DNA of 20,005 nucleotides from Thermoanaerobaculia bacterium (GTDB lineage Bacteria; Acidobacteriota; Thermoanaerobaculia; Multivoradales; UBA5704): NCBI GenBank assembly GCA_044226625.1, contig JBGAGQ010000088.1, positions 1 to 20,005 of the forward strand, read 5' to 3'. Shown piece by piece: positions 15,923 to 20,005 of this stretch (position 1 is its first letter; each line of letters starts with the position of its first letter). The notes under the pieces were generated by a model. It saw only the letters and a program-made list of their open reading frames with translations, ran no database searches and was not told where the DNA came from. The position numbers and the translations under genes were made by a program.

Positions 15923-16456
15923 CTACCAGCCTTCGCGTTCGCGCAGGCCGGCGACGTGGGCGACGTGGTGGCGGCCATGCCAAGCGTATAGGCCGAGCAG
16001 AGAATCGAGGGTCATCTCGCCGTTTTCAGGGTGGTCGAGCGTCCGCCCGAAGTCCTCGGCGCTCATCGCCTGGAGCAGCTCCACCCAGCGGTAATGGAGG
16101 GCTTCGAGGAGGGTGAGGGAAACCTCGACCGGCGTCTGCTGGGAGTCGGCGAGCCCCGCCCAGGCGTCCTGGTCGTAGGGCTTGATCCGGGGACGCTCCT
16201 CGGTGAGAGCGAGCTTGCATCGGACGTAAGCGTTCAAATGGCTGTCTGGCACATGGTGGACGACCTGGCGAACCGTCCAACCTCCCGGCCGATAGGGGGT
16301 GTCGAGCTGCTCTTCGGACAGCTCGTGGACGGCGGCGCGCAGCTCGGCGGGCGCGGCGGCGATCGCGGAGATCGCCTTCGCTCGCTCCTCGGGAGAAAGC
16401 TGGGCCTTCCTCCGGTGCTTGCCAATCGGGAAGCGAAGGTCGATCTCGGAATCCAT
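15923..16456 (-). CDS. YfiT/BstA-like DinB family metal-dependent thiol transferase/hydrolase (alternative start 16471, overlapping the upstream stop)
   Basis: DLRFPIG, LDTPYRPGGWTVRQVVHHVPDSHLNAY, KLALTEERPRIKPYD and YAWHGRHHVAH motifs. GAGAGG RBS before ATG 16456. Confidence 0.92.
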   Translation of the reverse strand: MDSEIDLRFPIGKHRRKAQLSPEERAKAISAIAAAPAELRAAVHELSEEQLDTPYRPGGWTVRQVVHHVPDSHLNAYVRCKLALTEERPRIKPYDQDAWAGLADSQQTPVEVSLTLLEALHYRWVELLQAMSAEDFGRTLDHPENGEMTLDSLLGLYAWHGRHHVAHVAGLREREGW

Positions 16457-16467
16457 CGGGGCCTCTC

Positions 16468-18687
16468 TCATTCGGTCGTCATCTCAGCGGGCTCGAAGGC
16501 GAAGGGGTCGTCGAGATCCGTGACGCTCGACGCGGCTTGGTCGCCGAGCCGGGCTCTGGCTTCGGTGGCCGCGGCAGCATAGCGCGCGGCGGCCGAGCGG
16601 GCGAGGAGCGAACGGGCTCGCACCGCCGACTGCTCGAGGTAGGGAAAAGCGCGCGCCGGAAGATCGGCGGCCAGATAGTGTGCGGCGAGCTCGTCGGAGT
16701 GGTTCTCCAGGTGGTCCGCCGCGAGCGCCTCGATCGTTTCGGCCACCCGGGAGTGGAGCGCTTTCCGCCGCGAAGGATGCACGGAGGAGGCGAGGGCTTC
16801 CCGGACCCGCTCGTGGGCGAACTCGAAGCTGCCGCGGCGAGCGCCGCGTTTCCAAAGCACGACGTCCGAGGTCCTTCCGAATGTCGACCAGTAGCGAATG
16901 CTCTGGCGGATCAGCCAGCGCTTGAGCAGCAGCTCGAGCCCGATCTCGACGACGGCGGGGTGCTCGTCGGCCGATTTCTCCAGGATCTCGGCCTCGAAGC
17001 TCCAGCCGGCGAACGCCGCCTGGATCGCCAGGCGACGAATCGAGGAGGGCAGCCGCCGGACGCGCTCGGCGAGCAGCGAGGCGAGGTCGCCGGTCGGTGG
17101 GGAGCCAGCGGTCGAAAGCGTCGGCGCGATCTTCCAGATGCCGTTCTCCCCGGGCGTGAGCATGCCCTCGTCCCAGAGCAGGTTGATCTGCTCCGCGACG
17201 GCGAACGGCAAGCCGCGGCTCCTCTCGGCGAGCCAACGGGAGAGATCGCTCGCCCGCTCGTCGCCGACCAGGGAGACGGCGATCTCCTCGATCGCCGCGG
17301 CATCGAAGCGGCGGACCTCGATCCGTTCCGCGCCGTCGTACAGCGAGTCGACCAGCGGATGCGCGTCGATTCGCGGCTCGGAGGCGATCAGGAACCAGCA
17401 GGGGCGGCCGCGAAGCCGGGAGATCGCGAACTGAAGGAGCTCGAGCGAATCCTCGTCGACCAGATGCAGGTCGTCCAGGAAAACGACGAGAGGGACCGTG
17501 GCCACGCCTCGTTTGAGCGGCGGCGGTGGCGGCAGCTCGGGCCGGCGCAGCGCGATCTCGGGCAGCAGCCGAGCCAGATCGCCGAAGCGGGCGGGCGGGA
17601 GCGTCGCCGGATCCGGGCCGCCACCCTCCGCCGCCTCGTCGAACGCGCCGCGCAGGAGATCGAGCCAGGGAAGGAAGGGAGAGGGCAGGAGGGTCGGCCG
17701 GCCGGCGCCCCGCAGCACGACGATGCGGCGCGAGCCGCTCACCGCATCGAGAAAGGTGCGGATCAGGCGCGTCTTGCCGATGCCGGCCTCCCCTTCGACG
17801 AAGGTCACCGGCGTCTCGCCCGAGAGCGCCCGACGCCAGCTGTCGCGCAGCCGTTCCCAGGCGCCCCGGCGGCCGGCGAGGGGGATGATCGGACCGATCG
17901 GCTCGCCGTCCGCGATGGGAATCCCCTGCGTCGGAAGGTCGTCGCGGATCGATTCGTACAACTCGCGGGTCTCGGCGAGGGGATCGACGCCGAGCTCGCG
18001 ATCGAGCACCGCGACGAGGTCTTCGTATTCGGCGAGGGCCTGGCTTCGCCGCCCGGTGAGCGCGTAGAAACGCATGAGATTGCGCCTCGGTTCTTCCGCG
18101 AGCGGCTCGAGCGCCACCAGACGGCGCGCGTAATGCAGGCCGAAGCGATATTCGCCTCGGCGCCGATAACTCTCGATGAGAGTGCGAAGCGCCTCGACCG
18201 TCGCTTCGCGCAAACGCTCTTGCTCGCCGATCAGCCACTCCTCGAACGAGCTGCTGTCGCGGACGAAGAATCCGGCGAGGAAATCGCCGCGGTAGATCTG
18301 CACCGCGGTCGCGAGGTGGTGCGGATCGGTGGCGTCCCGGGCGGCCCCCCGCTTGATCGCCTCCTCGAAGGCCTGAACGTCCACCCACATCCCGGCCGCC
18401 GGATTGATCCGGATATCGCTGTGGCTGACGAGCAGAGGGGGGTTAGGACCGTCCTTCCCCGGAAGGGCGGAGCGCAGGTTGTAGAGGGCCTGACGGAGGG
18501 CGTGGCGCGCCCCGTCTTCCTCCTGCTCCGGCCAGAGCAGCCCGGCGAGGTGGTCGCGGCTGAACGCGCGGCCGGTTTGGCAGGCGAGATAGATGAAAAG
18601 GGCGCGAACTTTCTGGGATTCGAACCCGTGCACCTGACGATCGCCGTGCCAGACCTCGAAGCCGCCGAAAAGCCGGACTCGGATCAT
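16468..18687 (-). CDS. SARP-type transcriptional regulator: winged-helix + BTAD + P-loop (AAA_16-like) ATPase (739 aa)
   Basis: IRVRLFGGFEV, KVRALFIYLA, SRDHLAGLLWPE, LRQALYNLRSAL, WVDVQAFE, YRGDFLAG, FEEWL..EQERLRE, RELGVDP, Walker A GEAGIGKT, Walker B VFLDDLH and FEFAHERVRE. Confidence 0.92.
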   Translation of the reverse strand: MIRVRLFGGFEVWHGDRQVHGFESQKVRALFIYLACQTGRAFSRDHLAGLLWPEQEEDGARHALRQALYNLRSALPGKDGPNPPLLVSHSDIRINPAAGMWVDVQAFEEAIKRGAARDATDPHHLATAVQIYRGDFLAGFFVRDSSSFEEWLIGEQERLREATVEALRTLIESYRRRGEYRFGLHYARRLVALEPLAEEPRRNLMRFYALTGRRSQALAEYEDLVAVLDRELGVDPLAETRELYESIRDDLPTQGIPIADGEPIGPIIPLAGRRGAWERLRDSWRRALSGETPVTFVEGEAGIGKTRLIRTFLDAVSGSRRIVVLRGAGRPTLLPSPFLPWLDLLRGAFDEAAEGGGPDPATLPPARFGDLARLLPEIALRRPELPPPPPLKRGVATVPLVVFLDDLHLVDEDSLELLQFAISRLRGRPCWFLIASEPRIDAHPLVDSLYDGAERIEVRRFDAAAIEEIAVSLVGDERASDLSRWLAERSRGLPFAVAEQINLLWDEGMLTPGENGIWKIAPTLSTAGSPPTGDLASLLAERVRRLPSSIRRLAIQAAFAGWSFEAEILEKSADEHPAVVEIGLELLLKRWLIRQSIRYWSTFGRTSDVVLWKRGARRGSFEFAHERVREALASSVHPSRRKALHSRVAETIEALAADHLENHSDELAAHYLAADLPARAFPYLEQSAVRARSLLARSAAARYAAAATEARARLGDQAASSVTDLDDPFAFEPAEMTTE

Positions 18688-18891
18688 GCCCGCGATCGCC
18701 CCCGGCCTCTGGCCAGGACTCCGCTCGGAGGGATCGGTGCGCTGCTCGACACGTAATTCACGAGGAGTCGGGGGTCACGTCTGTGGTGGCGGTGCCGAAT
18801 CGAATCCTATCTTAGTTGGCGGTCGTTTCGGGGCGCGTTGAAGAAAACGCGTGCTCGTAGCCGAAACGGGAAACCGGTTGCTCGGAGCCGA

Positions 18892-18913
18892 TTTCCTGAC
18901 GGTTTCTTGACGA
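18892..18913. promoter_or_regulatory. 11-bp direct repeat, candidate SARP operator
   Basis: tttcctgacgg / tttcttgacga in tandem, one helical turn apart, in the intergenic region between the SARP gene and the divergent secreted-protein gene. Confidence 0.45.
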
Positions 18914-19012
18914 TGCCCGGAGAATGATCCGGAAACATCGGTGCCGTAGGTCGATCTCTTGATTTTGCGCAGGTTTGCGAGTCTTGGTGTGACGCGAGAG
19001 AAAGGGTGTCCA

Positions 19013-20005
19013 ATGAAAGCTCAGAGACGAGACGTTCGCGTAGTCTTCCTCCTCATCGCCGGAGCGTTAGCGGCGGTTGCCGCGCAGGCCCAGTTAGGCC
19101 CCGGACCGTTCGCGGCCTTTCCGTCGCAGTCGGCGACGGACGGCCGGTTCCTCGGCTTCGGCTGCGCGGGGCTCGCGACGTTCGAGCAGAACGTCCAGAT
19201 CGCTCTGGCCGCTCCGGCTTCGACCGCGACGTTCGATCTCAACATCTTCGATGGAGACACCGGCGCCCTCGACTCGTCCAGCCGGCGGCATTGGGATCTC
19301 GGCACCCGACAGCTGCGATTCGCGCTCTATGCCGACCCGACGCGGACCGGCAGCACCGCTCCGGCCGACCTGATCGGTCAGTGGTTCGGCAATGCGACGA
19401 ACCCCTTGAGCGGGCCGAGTTGGACCGCCTCTTCGGCCACCATGCCGGACAACGCGTGGTGGGCGGTGACGGTGACCAATCCGGTCCAGGCGCAGGCTCC
19501 GAGCGGCAACTACTTCTATAACCTGGTCATCGAGACGGATGGCGCCTGTGGCGTGGGCGAGCAACTGGAGAGCAGCCTGAAGATCGCGGCCTCCAACCCG
19601 ATGAACTTCCGGACGCCGCGTTTCGGATTGGTCGGCGGGCTGCGCCAGACCGCGAACGACGTGCCGATCATCTACCCGGGCTCGACGACGACGGCTCCGG
19701 TGACGGGCAGCTTCCTCACGGCGCCCACCACCTACGATGGGACCTTCGAATTCTTCTTCACCCTCCCCGGCGGCGAGACCGAGCTGCGACTGTTCGACGG
19801 CGACTTCGACTACGGGCCGAGCACGCTGGTCGGCAATCCTTCCGGAGTTGCGCTCGACCCCTGCGTCGACCAGGACGATCCGGACACCGATCCGCTCTAC
19901 GCCGGCTTCCCGTTCTTGACCACGGGCGCGACGCCGGAGGGCGTACAGGGTCCCGGCTCTCCTCCGGACGACAACTTCCGCGACATCTTCCGGCGCGGTG
20001 AGCTG
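19013..20005 (+). CDS. Large secreted beta-rich protein of unknown function, 3' end outside the window (at least 331 aa)
   Basis: Hand translation from ATG 19013: MKAQRRDVRVVFLLIAGALAAVAAQAQLGPGPFAAFPSQSATDGRFL...FRDIFRRGEL, with no stop. Sec signal peptide with AQA cleavage site and GAAAGGG RBS. Absent from the ORF track because it is truncated. Confidence 0.88.
   Translation, partial: MKAQRRDVRVVFLLIAGALAAVAAQAQLGPGPFAAFPSQSATDGRFLGFGCAGLATFEQNVQIALAAPASTATFDLNIFDGDTGALDSSSRRHWDLGTRQLRFALYADPTRTGSTAPADLIGQWFGNATNPLSGPSWTASSATMPDNAWWAVTVTNPVQAQAPSGNYFYNLVIETDGACGVGEQLESSLKIAASNPMNFRTPRFGLVGGLRQTANDVPIIYPGSTTTAPVTGSFLTAPTTYDGTFEFFFTLPGGETELRLFDGDFDYGPSTLVGNPSGVALDPCVDQDDPDTDPLYAGFPFLTTGATPEGVQGPGSPPDDNFRDIFRRGEL

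Noticed and set aside
16537-18756. 739-aa plus-strand ORF (and the 634-aa alternative minus frame) over the SARP gene
   Set aside because: Antisense and frame-shifted shadows of the regulator, with biased composition and no domains.
19006-19919. Track ORFs 19006..19521, 19021..19305, 19094..19564 and 19737..19919
   Set aside because: Alternative frames of the real, truncated secreted-protein gene that starts at 19013.

Overview
GC-rich bacterial DNA, gene-dense apart from about 3.0-4.7 kb. The host may be an acidobacterium (Thermoanaerobaculia-like), which is my impression from gene content only. The left edge holds the most interesting system, a probable RiPP locus on the minus strand. It has an 853-aa fusion of an RRE-like domain, an E1/ThiF-like (TOMM leader-binding) domain and a flavin-dependent tryptophan halogenase (404-2965). 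About 210 nt downstream is a precursor peptide gene missing from the ORF track (194 to <1): MKKKKLTLAKETLARLEATGLRAARGA|YSLDTCDRCTDWETCWNSCQSCDTCPPWCIVSETLCI..., with an LxLxKx5L leader and a core containing 8 Cys, 9 Ser/Thr and 3 Trp so far. Next come small ORFs, a degenerate 21-bp tandem array, an inverted REP-like doublet and a fused ABC exporter. A metal-uptake operon follows (His-tailed outer-membrane barrel, ZnuA-like binding protein, ZnuB-like permease, no ATPase), headed by a leaderless DUF2946/CruR-like CxxC...RAPP uORF. The right half has TspO, two DinB-superfamily genes, a membrane-anchored pseudokinase, an enoyl-CoA hydratase/isomerase, a SARP/BTAD-ATPase regulator and a divergent secreted protein that runs off the right edge. 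All family calls come from motif recognition by eye; no searches were run.
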